Positions 9,011 to 18,112 of a DNA stretch of 32,000 nt are shown piece after piece. The notes below the pieces were generated by a model, which was not told the origin of the DNA, did no database searches, and was given only the letters and a program-made list of their open reading frames with translations. Each line of letters opens with the position of its first letter. The stretch's first letter is position 1. Both the position numbers and the translations under genes were made by a program. Source of the stretch: Okeania sp. (lineage in GTDB: Bacteria > Cyanobacteriota > Cyanobacteriia > Cyanobacteriales > Microcoleaceae); contig NZ_JAYKGW010000039.1 of assembly GCF_035285525.1 (NCBI RefSeq), positions 80,094 to 112,093 on the forward strand, read 5' to 3'.

Positions 9011-9541
9011 TTACCCTGATTTTAATGACTTTTTCTTGTATTCAATCCACTTTCTCATCAAGAATAAAACAATAATAACTATACTAGCGACAATTCCTAA
9101 TGGAGTCACATAAGTCCAATGCCCAAACATTTTTTCACTAATATGCCACATCAAAAGAAACATTAATAAATAAGTTAATTGGTGAATTTTTCTCCAATTT
9201 TTCTTGAGTTTTTTCACACTCCAGTCATTAGAAGTAATAGCTAATAAGGCAAAAATCCCTAATATAACTATTCCTTGTGAATAAACTAAATAAGCTTTTA
9301 AGTCAAAGACATCAAAGTTTCTTTTCGTAAATAATAAAATTCCATGACCTGCACCCAATAGAAATGAAATAACCCCGATTTCACGGCGATATTTAAGTAA
9401 TATTTTCGGAACATTGGTTTTATTTGTACTAGGAAAAACTTTTCTCAGAATGGTTGGTAACAAAGTAATAATATAGGCAAGTAAAGCTAAAAATCCTAGA
9501 TAACTAGCAAAATTTGGTGTGTTAATCATGAAGTTTTCCAT
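9011..9541 (-). CDS. Ferric-reductase-like transmembrane domain protein (YedZ/MsrQ-like heme-binding membrane protein)
   Basis: 176-aa ORF with 5-6 predicted TM helices. The motifs YRREIGVISFLLGAGH and WRKIHQLTYLLMFLLMWH resemble the conserved Arg/His heme-ligand helices of that family. Confidence 0.6.
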   Translation of the reverse strand: MENFMINTPNFASYLGFLALLAYIITLLPTILRKVFPSTNKTNVPKILLKYRREIGVISFLLGAGHGILLFTKRNFDVFDLKAYLVYSQGIVILGIFALLAITSNDWSVKKLKKNWRKIHQLTYLLMFLLMWHISEKMFGHWTYVTPLGIVASIVIIVLFLMRKWIEYKKKSLKSG

Positions 9542-9800
9542 TTTCGTAATTCCCTCATTTTGACAATTTATATTATGTCCGGATAATCAGTGATGAAAAA
9601 AATTTCTCCCTTCTAACCTTTTCTTTTCTCTTGTCTTTCTTCCTGCAAAGTGTAACTATTCAAACGGCCATGATATCAGTTTGATTGAATAGCTTTGAAC
9701 CGATGAATATACAATGGCTCAGACCTAGATATATAGCACTAAGTTTTTTAGTTAGGAAAATAAACTTTGATTCTGAAGAAACAGAGAATATTAGAACATT

Positions 9801-9996
9801 TAGGATTTACCCATAGACCATAGATATAGTACTCAAAACTATTGCGCAATAGTTTTTTTAACTCTATATACAGCAGATTTTGGGCAAATGATTTACGGGG
9901 TAAATAGTAAAAACATTGTAGTGCAGGCCGGAAAGCACACAAAAGTATACCTCATAAGAACGAAAAGCGCTGTATAGTATCTTTGCGTAAGTCCTG
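9801..9996. mobile_element. MITE family A copy (same subfamily as 6751-6841, opposite orientation) carrying a nested family-D insertion
   Basis: The sequence TAGGATTTACCCA...AACTATTGCGCAATAGTT...TTGCGTAAGTCCTG aligns to the reverse complement of 6751-6841. The alignment is interrupted at about 9863-9972 by a ~105-bp insert related to 265-440. Confidence 0.7.
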
Positions 9997-10118
9997 ATTA
10001 AACAAATTTTTTCTCTAGATTAGGGGACATGTATCACTAAAGTGTTAATATCTATCTCTATATTATACATAAGTGATAAAAACGACAACTAAATCTATGA
10101 AAAATTTTTCTAGTTTAT

Positions 10119-10208
10119 TAGGACTAACGGATGAACGCTATTGGTAGGGTATATTAGGGTAGCGTAACGGAACAAGACTCCTTATATAGTGCCTTTGCGT
10201 AAGTCCTG
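10119..10208. mobile_element. MITE family A copy with 5-bp TSD
   Basis: The termini are TAGGACTAACGG ... TTGCGTAAGTCCTG. It is flanked by TTTAT (10114-10118) and TTTAT (10209-10213). Confidence 0.7.
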
Positions 10209-10432
10209 TTTATCAAGAGGGTGTAAAATACTTGACAATAGATATCAACTATGTGAGGTTTATTAGGGCTTGCTAATTAAATGCTATAGCAACTCCCATA
10301 CTTGTGAGGTACAAAATTCCTGATTTTAGGGAACAGGAAACACAGAAGGTGGGAACAGGAAAAATGTGGTTCGTCAAGAGTGAAAAGCGCTGTCAAACTA
10401 TTGCGCAATAGTTTTTTTTGACTTTATATATA

Positions 10433-10609
10433 TAGGACTTACCTATGGACGCTATCTGTAGGGTGCGTTTTGCGTTCCGCAAAGCTCGGCTTTATATGTC
10501 GGCTCGCCGAAACCCTACGCGACATGGAAAGCGGAGCATTCCCTATACGAAAAAGCGTATCTAGTAACTGAGCCAGACTCTATATATAGTGCCTCCCGCG
10601 TAAGTCCTG
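10433..10609. mobile_element. MITE family A copy with a nested GTAGGG...CCCTAC insert
   Basis: The termini are TAGGACTTACC ... CGCGTAAGTCCTG. It is flanked by ATATA on both sides, which is weak evidence because the flank is low complexity. Confidence 0.6.
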
Positions 10610-10750
10610 ATATATATAGAACCCCTAACCTTATCTTTACAAAGGTGTGTTTTTTTTGCCAAAGAAGTAAGTCAGGAGTCAACCCACCCCTAACCCCTCC
10701 CAGGAGGGGAAATAGGGAAAAAGCTAGAAAGAATTAGAGCCTTATATTCA

Positions 10751-10804
10751 CCATCTCCCCATCTCCCCATCTCCCCATCTCCCCATCTCCCCATCTCCCC
10801 ATCT
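10751..10804. repeat. 8-bp tandem repeat (ATCTCCCC) x6 plus a partial unit
   Basis: Direct reading gives units at 10753-10760 through 10793-10800, then ATCTTC. Confidence 0.9.
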
Positions 10805-11246
10805 TCTAAAACTGAAAAACTTAATAGTATTCCAAAATTAACTAAAAATTAATCTGATTTTAATTACTGTTGACTAAAGTAGGAATTAAGTTGACATATA
10901 TACCACAATAATTCACTAAAGAGCAATGAACTTATATTATCGAATTTTATTAGGTAAAATCTCAATATTAGCCAGTTTATTTATCACTAACTTAAGCGTC
11001 TTAGCATCTACCAAAGAAACCAGTCTTTTGATTGAAAATAATAATAACTATTCCTATAAAAGTTTAGTAGAACAAAAACAAATCAATACTATTACACAAT
11101 CAAACTATCTCTATAAAATTAATAAATTTAATTGCAATATTTTAATTTTAACTCCAATCAAATCTGTGATTCATAAATATTTGCAAATATTTGATTTTTT
11201 TCTAATTAATTAATCAATCTATTAACCAAATTTAAACTAATAATAA

Positions 11247-12122
11247 ACTTATGGAGATATAGTATTTGAGGCAGAATTAAATAGATATAAATTTAGGTCA
11301 AAAATACTGCCATTAATACACCAAAAATCACTATCTACCGCTTCTCAACAGAGTAGTGTATCTATTGCTTATACCGATAATGCATCAGGTGGAGATGGAT
11401 ATCCAGATTCCAGAGTCTTTGTTGTTAGTAAATACTCCTCAGATGTTAACGCCATTCAACAGTTTGACAGTATCTACCGAATTATTGAAACCAACAGTGA
11501 TGATACAAGTACCACCTTTACCTGGTCAGTTTTTGAGCATAGTGGAGAAGATGGTGCTATTAACGGTGCAGGTTTTGCTAATGTAGATAACCTAGAAATT
11601 GATACTCTGGGTAACATCTGGGACGTAACCGATATGTCTACTAGAACTCATAATGGTTTTGATACTGGTATTGCAGGATCTCTAGACGAGATTGACCATA
11701 ATCCTACTGGAAATATTGGCGACTTGACAGGAGTATTTGGTAATAACTGGGTGTTCTATATTCCTGTTGTTGGACCAAATGCTGGATTAGTTGTACCTTT
11801 TGCTTATGGTTCTCCTCGTTACCAAATTACTAGACCATACTTTATCAGAAATAGTAGTGGTGTAGATGACACTCTACTATTAGCTGTACAACACCCTGGT
11901 GAAAGTTGTCCTATTGGACATGGAGTTCAACTAGGTCGAGATATTGAGATGTTAAATTTAGATGGTACTCTCTTCACTCAACAGCCTAGTGTACCTCGTG
12001 GTAGTAACTGGCCTAGTAACATAGGTTATACAGGTAATCCTGGAGGTAACTTCAATGGTTTGTTACCCCCAAGACCTTCTGTGATTGGTGTTACTCGTAG
12101 AAACGGTGGTGCCTTTATTTAA
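11247..12122 (+). pseudogene. 5'-truncated PhoX/DUF839-like (beta-propeller phosphatase family) gene fragment
   Basis: The frame is open from 11247 (just after TAA TAA TAA) to the stop at 12120-12122, but the first ATG is at 11634. The translation contains family-like C-terminal blocks (FANVDNLEIDTLGNIWDVTD, LLLAVQHPGE). The full-length family is about 2x longer. The listed ORF 11634..12122 is only its tail. Confidence 0.55.
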
Positions 12123-12126
12123 GGTT

Positions 12127-12232
12127 TATAGCAGGGAACACTTAACTGGGAACAGGGAACAGTTGTTCAAGTGTTTCCGTGGTCTTTGATTCATCATCAG
12201 TCCATGTCCTAACCGCCTTGGCGGCTGCTATA
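12127..12232. repeat. Element C (TATAGCAG...CTGCTATA), 106-bp copy, inverted relative to 7067-7186
   Basis: See 7067-7186. It starts 4 nt after the stop of the PhoX-like fragment. Confidence 0.8.
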
Positions 12233-12258
12233 ATATTAGACATAACCGCATGAATATG

Positions 12259-12286
12259 GTAGGGCTTAACGGCCGTTAACCCCTAC
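12259..12286. repeat. 28-bp hairpin element (GTAGGG-cttaacggccgttaac-CCCTAC)
   Basis: Near-perfect palindrome. Its ends and length match 25018-25045 and 27152-27179. Confidence 0.7.
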
Positions 12287-12304
12287 AAATGTTTTGATTC
12301 AAAA

Positions 12305-12441
12305 GTAGGGGCGGGTTTTCACTAAAATTTTCGTGCTTATTCTAGAATTTATACAAACCCGCCCCCAATCCACCAAAGTAGGGGCGGGTTTATCTAAACC
12401 TCAGAATAACCATGAAAATTTCTGGTAAAACCCGCCCCTAC
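12305..12441. repeat. Family B element(s) with GTAGGGGCGGGTTT / AAACCCGCCCCTAC termini
   Basis: Four GGGGCGGGTTT/AAACCCGCCCC motifs occur in alternating orientation. A related copy lies at 22739-22907. Confidence 0.6.
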
Positions 12442-12553
12442 TGACGATAATTAATAATTACCTCAATTTCAAACCGAGAAATAGTAGACCAATAGAGAAA
12501 TCTTTCATTATTCATTATCCATTATTTATTATTCCTTAATTTCCATCTCGCCC

Positions 12554-13336
12554 CTACTTTTTATCCTCAATTTCTTCTTTCATAGGTACAGAAAGTTGAG
12601 AAAAATCTGGTAATCTTTCAAGTTCTTTTTCCTTCTCTTTAATAGCTATAGGTAAACGTAAAGGTTCTGGTTTTTCTTCAATGAAATAACTAGCTATAGG
12701 TAATGTTCTTTCCAAATCTTCCAATGCTCTAGGAATTACCATTACAGCATTTAACTCTCCAATTCTTTCCGCTTCGTGCATTCCAGTTTCCACAGCGATC
12801 GCTACATTAGACACAGAACCCCGAACAATAGCAGTACATAAACCCGAACCCGTAGTTTCATAACCAGTCAACTGTACATCCGCAGATTTCAGCATCGCAT
12901 CAGAAGCTCCCACCATCGCCGGAAAACCTCTAGTTTCTATCAAACCAACTGCCTGATTTTTGAACTTAGAAGAAATTCTACCTTGAGATAACTTCAATAA
13001 AAGACTGCCAATAGGTAATACAACCTCTAAATTAGGTAAAGGTCGAGGAATAATAGTCTTAGAAATCAGTTGCCCAAATTTTTCCGCTGTTTCTGCTCCA
13101 GACTCTACCGCTATCCGAACATCTGCAATACCACCACGAACTACCGCCGTACAATATCCACTACCAATTTTTTCATACCCTACCAAAATTACGCCAGAAG
13201 ACTTGAGCATCATATCAGCAGTACCAACTATTGCCGGAAAACTTCGAGTTGTCACCAAACCAAGAGCTGCATCTCCAAAGTTGATTGGGGATTCAAGAGA
13301 ATTTGGCTTATAGTTATTGCGGGGTTGTATATTCAT
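12554..13336 (-). CDS. ccmO: Carboxysome shell protein CcmO (tandem BMC domains)
   Basis: 260-aa ORF with two BMC-H domains (LGLVTTRSFPAIVGTADMMLKSSGV...; [25 protein letters not shown]...). It is the last gene of the ccm cluster. Confidence 0.9.
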   Translation of the reverse strand: MNIQPRNNYKPNSLESPINFGDAALGLVTTRSFPAIVGTADMMLKSSGVILVGYEKIGSGYCTAVVRGGIADVRIAVESGAETAEKFGQLISKTIIPRPLPNLEVVLPIGSLLLKLSQGRISSKFKNQAVGLIETRGFPAMVGASDAMLKSADVQLTGYETTGSGLCTAIVRGSVSNVAIAVETGMHEAERIGELNAVMVIPRALEDLERTLPIASYFIEEKPEPLRLPIAIKEKEKELERLPDFSQLSVPMKEEIEDKK

Positions 13337-13636
13337 TTAATTTGATATTTGTTTGATTAGCTCAAACCTTTCTACAAAAAACAACAACTTTCTGTAGTTA
13401 TAAGTTTAACAGTTAAACTTCCTTTTTGCCGATATTGCCGTATTTATTCTTTCTATCTTAAGTCGGATATAAAATAATTTACAAATAACTTTCAACAACT
13501 ACTTAGTTCAAATCCTTTCTTTATTCTCACTCCCGACCAAAAAATAAGGTCTCAAGTCTCCCCTTGAAAAGGGATAAAAATACATTTTTTTCATCTCAAT
13601 GCTTCAGATTTGAGCTACTGATAACTGATAACTGAT

Positions 13637-14551
13637 TTAGTCTTCATCATCAGGATGAGAACTCAAGGAATTTTTATAAGGAAATAAAGTCTTCATTATC
13701 TGGTTTACATATTCCTTACCATAAATTCTAGGGTCGATATTTGGAGATGGTTCTGATTGTAATTGAGTATTATTTTTCTCAGTTTCTATTTTAGTTTCCT
13801 CCGCAGTTGAAACAGTATTTCCTGATTTTAATTTAGTATTATTTTTTTCAGTTTCTGCTTGAGTTTTCTCCGAAATTGAACCAGTATTTCCTGATTTTAA
13901 TTTAGTATTATTTTTTTCAGTTTCTGTTTTAGTTTTCTCCAGAGTTGACACAGTATTTTCTGATTTTAATTTAGTATTAACTTCTTCAGTTTCTGCTTGA
14001 CTTTCCTCAGAATTTGACACAGTATTTTCTGATTTTAATTTAGTATTAACTTCTTCAGTTTCTACTTGACTTTCCTCAGAATATGAAAAATTATTAGCTA
14101 CATTTAAACTAGAATTACTTTCCTGGTTTTCATCTGAAGATATATAACTTTTAGCTGACTTTTGATGAGGAAAAGAAGTTGTAGAATTATCTGCAATTTT
14201 TCGCCCTGAATCACCAAGAATAAAAGCAGGTAATACAACCTTTTTAGATTCCAAATCTTGCTCCATAATTGTTGCTAAAGCACCAACACAAGCATTAGCT
14301 CCAATCTTACTTTTACCAACCAATAAAACACCAGAACCAATAGTAGCTCCTGACTCAATCTCAATATTCCCTTGGTAAGCATGAATAATAACTCCCATAC
14401 CAATACAAACTCCTTCCCCAATGATAACCTGACAGTTATCAGCAGCTTGAATAATCACACCAGGAGCGATCGCCACACTAGGATCGATTTTCACATCACC
14501 ACTAACAAAAGGCTCAATATTTGTTATAGGTTGTAGTGGTGGCAACTGCAT
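13637..14551 (-). CDS. ccmN: Carboxysome assembly protein CcmN with an expanded repeat linker
   Basis: The N-terminal left-handed beta-helix/hexapeptide region (MQLPPLQPI..., IAPGVIIQA, IGEGVCIGMGVIIHA) matches CcmN. The C-terminus has an encapsulation-peptide-like helix (IYGKEYVNQIMKTLFPYK). A 5 x 23-aa repeat lies between them. Confidence 0.85.
   Translation of the reverse strand: MQLPPLQPITNIEPFVSGDVKIDPSVAIAPGVIIQAADNCQVIIGEGVCIGMGVIIHAYQGNIEIESGATIGSGVLLVGKSKIGANACVGALATIMEQDLESKKVVLPAFILGDSGRKIADNSTTSFPHQKSAKSYISSDENQESNSSLNVANNFSYSEESQVETEEVNTKLKSENTVSNSEESQAETEEVNTKLKSENTVSTLEKTKTETEKNNTKLKSGNTGSISEKTQAETEKNNTKLKSGNTVSTAEETKIETEKNNTQLQSEPSPNIDPRIYGKEYVNQIMKTLFPYKNSLSSHPDDED
13736..14080 (-). 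repeat. 69-bp (23-aa) tandem repeat x5 inside ccmN
   Basis: The motif (T/C)CTGATTTTAATTTAGTATTA recurs at 13751 (diverged), 13820, 13889, 13958 and 14027, an exact 69-bp spacing. The peptide units are SEESQ(V/A)ETEEVNTKLKSENTVS(N/T), then LEKTKTETEKNNTKLKSGNTGSI, and so on. Confidence 0.9.
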
Positions 14552-14608
14552 AAATACTCCTTATTTATAATAGTTTTTAGCATAAAATATCAGCCAATAA
14601 AAGTTCAT

Positions 14609-15043
14609 TTAATCTAATTTTTTTAGCAGTAATTCAATCTTATTTTGTAGTTGCACCAGAGGAGGTTCATCAGGACTTTCATCCAAATCTTTAACTAACC
14701 AATATTCAATTTTATCCACCCATTCAGGAAACTGAGATTCCATTAAAGGACGATGAGCAACTTCATCAACCGCAACAACATAATCAGCATTTTCTAAATC
14801 TGTTTTTTTCACCTGCATTGGTTCCCTCAAAGAAGCAGAATCAATTTGAATACCTAAAGGTTTTAAAGCTTTAATAACTTCCCGTGAAATAGCCCCCACA
14901 TTACCAGATTCTGGACGAACATTTAAACCCCGTGAATCTGCTTCCCATTTTATTCCTTTTTTCCCAGCTAAATCATTGAAAAAATACTCACTAAATCTAC
15001 TGCGATAATAATTACCAGTGCAAATAAAAAGAATCTTTTTCAT
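14609..15043 (-). CDS. Low-molecular-weight protein (Tyr/Arg) phosphatase family protein
   Basis: 144-aa ORF with the N-terminal C-X5-R-S P-loop (KILFICTGNYYRSR) and a late acidic DLD/DE block. It has a single cysteine, so it is not a thioredoxin-coupled ArsC. It is on the same strand as the ccm genes. Confidence 0.8.
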   Translation of the reverse strand: MKKILFICTGNYYRSRFSEYFFNDLAGKKGIKWEADSRGLNVRPESGNVGAISREVIKALKPLGIQIDSASLREPMQVKKTDLENADYVVAVDEVAHRPLMESQFPEWVDKIEYWLVKDLDESPDEPPLVQLQNKIELLLKKLD

Positions 15044-15098
15044 AATTTAACCTCACATATATTATATAGCCATCAGAAATTATTGGTGAGAAAAAACT

Positions 15099-15154
15099 GT
15101 AGGGGTTTGGCCTCCAAATCCCTTGACACTTGGGTTTGGTTTCCAAACCCCTAC
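15099..15154. repeat. GTAGGGGTTTGG...CCAAACCCCTAC hairpin element (apparently doubled or nested)
   Basis: Inverted termini read directly. It is related to the 28-bp copy at 27152-27179. Confidence 0.6.
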
Positions 15155-15235
15155 CATAAAATCTTACAATCTATTTAGGATTGCTATAAAACCTATAGTT
15201 TTAATCAAGTTATGGTATAATTACTACTTCTGAAG

Positions 15236-15265
15236 CCCCCCTTTCAAAGGGGGGTTTGGGGGGAT
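15236..15265. repeat. G/C hairpin repeat CCCCCCTTTCAAAGGGGGG-TTTGGGGGGAT
   Basis: The same motif occurs at 28107-28130 and 28191-28219, with a partial copy at 27866-27880. Confidence 0.8.
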
Positions 15266-15476
15266 TAAACTCTTCCATATTTTTAACAAATTGCTATTAC
15301 CAAAAAATTATGGAAAAGTGCTAAGTTGTAACTCACTTACCAATGAATAATTGATAATTGATAAATTCGATCATCAATTATCAGTGGGATTTTTCCGGAA
15401 CCGTGCATCTTGCTCCCGCGAGTGTACCTCACCAAACTGGAATCCGCTGTATCAATTATCCATTATCCATTATCCA

Positions 15477-17462
15477 TTAAGGTCTCTGAATAATCATTTC
15501 TAAAACCCGGCGCTTTGCTTGAGGATCGATACCAATCAAACGTACATATTCTCCCTCATGTTCAGCCAAACTTGCCTCAAGAACTGGGAAAACATCAGCC
15601 TCCCGTTTAGCATCTATTTGAGAATCAGTGTTCCAAGAACCAGTACGGAAACGGCGTTTATCCGCATATTCTGTACCAATCTTATAACCACCTGCAATCA
15701 AAGAACGAACTTGTTCCACAACTTCTTGACTTAACTTCTGAGTTGTCATAGTAGCTCCTTGACTGCTATAAACAGGAGACTTTGGAGTATTATTCACTAC
15801 AACTTTAGAAGGAGCAGATTTTTCACCTTTACCATTAGGTTGTTGAATCAAACTTTCCAGTACCCGACGCTTCGCATTAGTGTCAACACCAATTAAACGT
15901 ACATACTCCCCACTATATCCTGCTAAAGCTTGTTCTAGTTCAGCTATTGCTTGAGAGTCATTAGTAGCAGAAATAGGAGCGCCACTCATCCAAGAGCTAG
16001 TCTTAAATCGACGTTCATTAGCGTGTTCTAAAGTAATCCGATATCCTTGACTAAACAATGAACGTACTTGCTCAACAACTTCCGGACTTAATCCTGTATT
16101 AACTGCATTACCCTGACTAGATGCAGAAGCTTGATAATTTGAAGAAGTACCTACAGACTTTTGAACTGAGCGATCGCCTGGTTTTTGAATCAAAATTTCC
16201 GCAACCCTACGTCTCACACTAGGATCGACACCAATTAAACGAACATATTCACTACTATGTTCTGCCAAAAATTCTTCCAGAGCAGCCAAAACTTGTGTAG
16301 AATTAGTCCCAGAAATAGTCGGACCATTTTGCCAAGAGCTAGTCTTAAACCGACGTTCATTAGCATACTCCGTACCAATATTGCATCTTTGAGACAACAA
16401 AGAATTAACTTGGTTTACTACTTCTGGAGTTAAACCTGTACCATTGGAAGTAGTAGTTCCCTCCCTACCAGTTGCAACTGGAGCAAAGCCATTACCAGTA
16501 GTTGATTTTTGAGCAACTTTTTTGCCATCAGGACGTTGAATCATAGTTGGAGATATACGACGTTTAGCTTTCGGATCAATACCAAACATCCGGACATACT
16601 CGCCAGCGTGTTCCTCTATGCAAGCTTCTAAAGCTGCTACTACTTCTGAAGAATTACTGCTTTCAATTGGAGTACAAGTTTTCCAAGAACCTGTTTTGAA
16701 GCGACGAGTGTCAGCGTGTTCTGTACCAACATGATATCCTTGAGATACTAACTGTTTTACTTGAGCAACTATTTCTGGTGTCAATTTACCATTTCCTCCT
16801 GAATATTGATTACCTTTACCATTTCTATGATTAATGTTCATTTCATTTCTAATCGGGTTAATGCAAGAATTATTACTCGCACACAAATAACCCTGTCGTA
16901 AAGATTCGTTAATTCCTACCACATGATGAGCAAATTCTATATCATCAGGTAGTACATCTGGCAAACGATCTGCTTGCTGTTGATTTGTAATAATTGCCCC
17001 TGAAGGCACATACTTACCTGGAGCAATTTCTACATCCTGGATCAGAGCGTGAAGCATGACAATACATCCTTCACCAATGCGAGCGTTAAAAACTGTTGAA
17101 CGAAAGCCGATAAAGCAGTCATCACCTATGTAGCAAGGACCATGAACTAAAGCTTTATGCGTGATAGAAGCATTTTTACCTATCCACACAGAATAGTCTC
17201 GTTGGTCATCACCGATGACTCGTCCTTGTTCTAAACCGTGGATAACTACTCCATCTTGGATATTAGTTCCGGCTCCAATAAAAAAAGGAGTACCCTCGTC
17301 AGCACGAATTGATGTACCAGGAGCTACTAATACATTAGCTCCAACGTGGACATCTCCAATAATATTGGAAAACGAGTGAACATAAGCTGTGTCATCTACC
17401 TTCGGCTGTGCCAAGTTTTTTGACCAGGGGGTAGGTGGAGCTGGCTGTTTGCGATGTGGCAT
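15477..17462 (-). CDS. ccmM: Carboxysome scaffold protein CcmM (gamma-carbonic-anhydrase-like domain + 4 RbcS-like SSUL modules)
   Basis: The ORF track extends to 17561. CcmM N-termini normally begin near ..[11 protein letters not shown].., so the Met at 17462 ([20 protein letters not shown]) is the probable start. The hexapeptide gamma-CA fold is followed by 4 repeats of the pattern G(Y/C)..G.E.A..RRF.T.SW....I......V...LE..L.....EYVRL.G.D...(K)RRV. Confidence 0.9.
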   Translation of the reverse strand: MPHRKQPAPPTPWSKNLAQPKVDDTAYVHSFSNIIGDVHVGANVLVAPGTSIRADEGTPFFIGAGTNIQDGVVIHGLEQGRVIGDDQRDYSVWIGKNASITHKALVHGPCYIGDDCFIGFRSTVFNARIGEGCIVMLHALIQDVEIAPGKYVPSGAIITNQQQADRLPDVLPDDIEFAHHVVGINESLRQGYLCASNNSCINPIRNEMNINHRNGKGNQYSGGNGKLTPEIVAQVKQLVSQGYHVGTEHADTRRFKTGSWKTCTPIESSNSSEVVAALEACIEEHAGEYVRMFGIDPKAKRRISPTMIQRPDGKKVAQKSTTGNGFAPVATGREGTTTSNGTGLTPEVVNQVNSLLSQRCNIGTEYANERRFKTSSWQNGPTISGTNSTQVLAALEEFLAEHSSEYVRLIGVDPSVRRRVAEILIQKPGDRSVQKSVGTSSNYQASASSQGNAVNTGLSPEVVEQVRSLFSQGYRITLEHANERRFKTSSWMSGAPISATNDSQAIAELEQALAGYSGEYVRLIGVDTNAKRRVLESLIQQPNGKGEKSAPSKVVVNNTPKSPVYSSQGATMTTQKLSQEVVEQVRSLIAGGYKIGTEYADKRRFRTGSWNTDSQIDAKREADVFPVLEASLAEHEGEYVRLIGIDPQAKRRVLEMIIQRP

Positions 17463-17779
17463 ATTTTTTATTTCTTTCTCCTCAATTAAATGTTGGGTGT
17501 TGGGCAAGTCAGAAATCAGATAGGGGAACCGTCGCCAATGCGACCTATAGTCAGAAGTCATTTCTGAGTAGTTTCCTTTTCTATTTTTTCCTTTGCTTCA
17601 GAATGCTTTGCAAACAAAATGCTACTTTATGCAGAGAAGCTACGCTTTTTATGTTGCGTAGCAAAATACAAAGAGCATTTAGTTATATCTGCGCCCTTTG
17701 CTGCGACTGCTATAATTTTGTAACTTTTAGTTTGTTAAAAGTTCAACATCCCACAGTTCAAAAGTTCAGGAGTAAACTG

Positions 17780-18082
17780 TTAACGATATTGGTCTTTTTT
17801 ACTGTAGATCATGCGACTATCCACAGCGATCGTGTCAATAATAGCTACTACCCTAGCATCTACAGGAAGTTTTTCACCACCTTGTACTTCACGAGCTGCC
17901 CCACCACGGCTAACTAGAACCCATTCATCAACTCCAGCTCCAACATTATCGGCGGCTACTTCATATTTTGGTAATGGATGGCCTTCTTCGTCTATGAATT
18001 GCAGCAAAAGTAGCTTTGTTCCTCTTAAGGTAGCCTCTTTCTGGGTACTGACAATGGTGCCACGAACTTTGGCAATTTGCAT
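17780..18082 (-). CDS. ccmL: Carboxysome vertex (pentamer) protein CcmL
   Basis: 100-aa EutN/CcmL-type ORF (MQIAKVRGTIVSTQKE..LRGTKLLLLQ..., VGAGVDEWVLVSRG) in the canonical position between ccmK and ccmM. Confidence 0.9.
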   Translation of the reverse strand: MQIAKVRGTIVSTQKEATLRGTKLLLLQFIDEEGHPLPKYEVAADNVGAGVDEWVLVSRGGAAREVQGGEKLPVDARVVAIIDTIAVDSRMIYSKKDQYR

Positions 18083-18112
18083 GATCTCTTTTAATTACAT
18101 GATTTCAGAATC

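Noticed and set aside
8867-9019. 50-codon plus-strand ORF (MLKLTILPKNQGKIILVTSSMILIPSGFWLLASPLKKRL...) preceded by AGGAG
   Set aside because: It is short and overlaps the 3' end of the convergent ferric-reductase-like gene, and I recognise no family. It could be a small membrane protein, but the evidence is insufficient.
9748-9942. 64-aa minus-strand ORF
   Set aside because: It lies within the nested MITE at 9801-9996 and is repeat-derived.
10926-11213. 95-aa ORF with a signal-peptide-like N-terminus
   Set aside because: It is extremely AT-rich and low-complexity (N/I/K/L). It is in the same frame as the PhoX-like fragment but separated from it by several stops. At best it is a decayed 5' remnant of that gene, not a functional CDS.
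11356-11586. 76-aa plus-strand ORF
   Set aside because: It is out of frame with, and fully overlapped by, the longer open frame (11247-12122) that carries the PhoX/DUF839-like motifs.
13070-13345. 91-aa plus-strand ORF
   Set aside because: It is antisense to ccmO.
15519-15734. 71-aa plus-strand ORF
   Set aside because: It is antisense to ccmM.
17463-17561. N-terminal 33-codon extension of ccmM
   Set aside because: The conserved CcmM N-terminus begins at the PPTPWS region, and the extension has no counterpart that I recognise. The Met at 17462 is preferred, though this is not proven.
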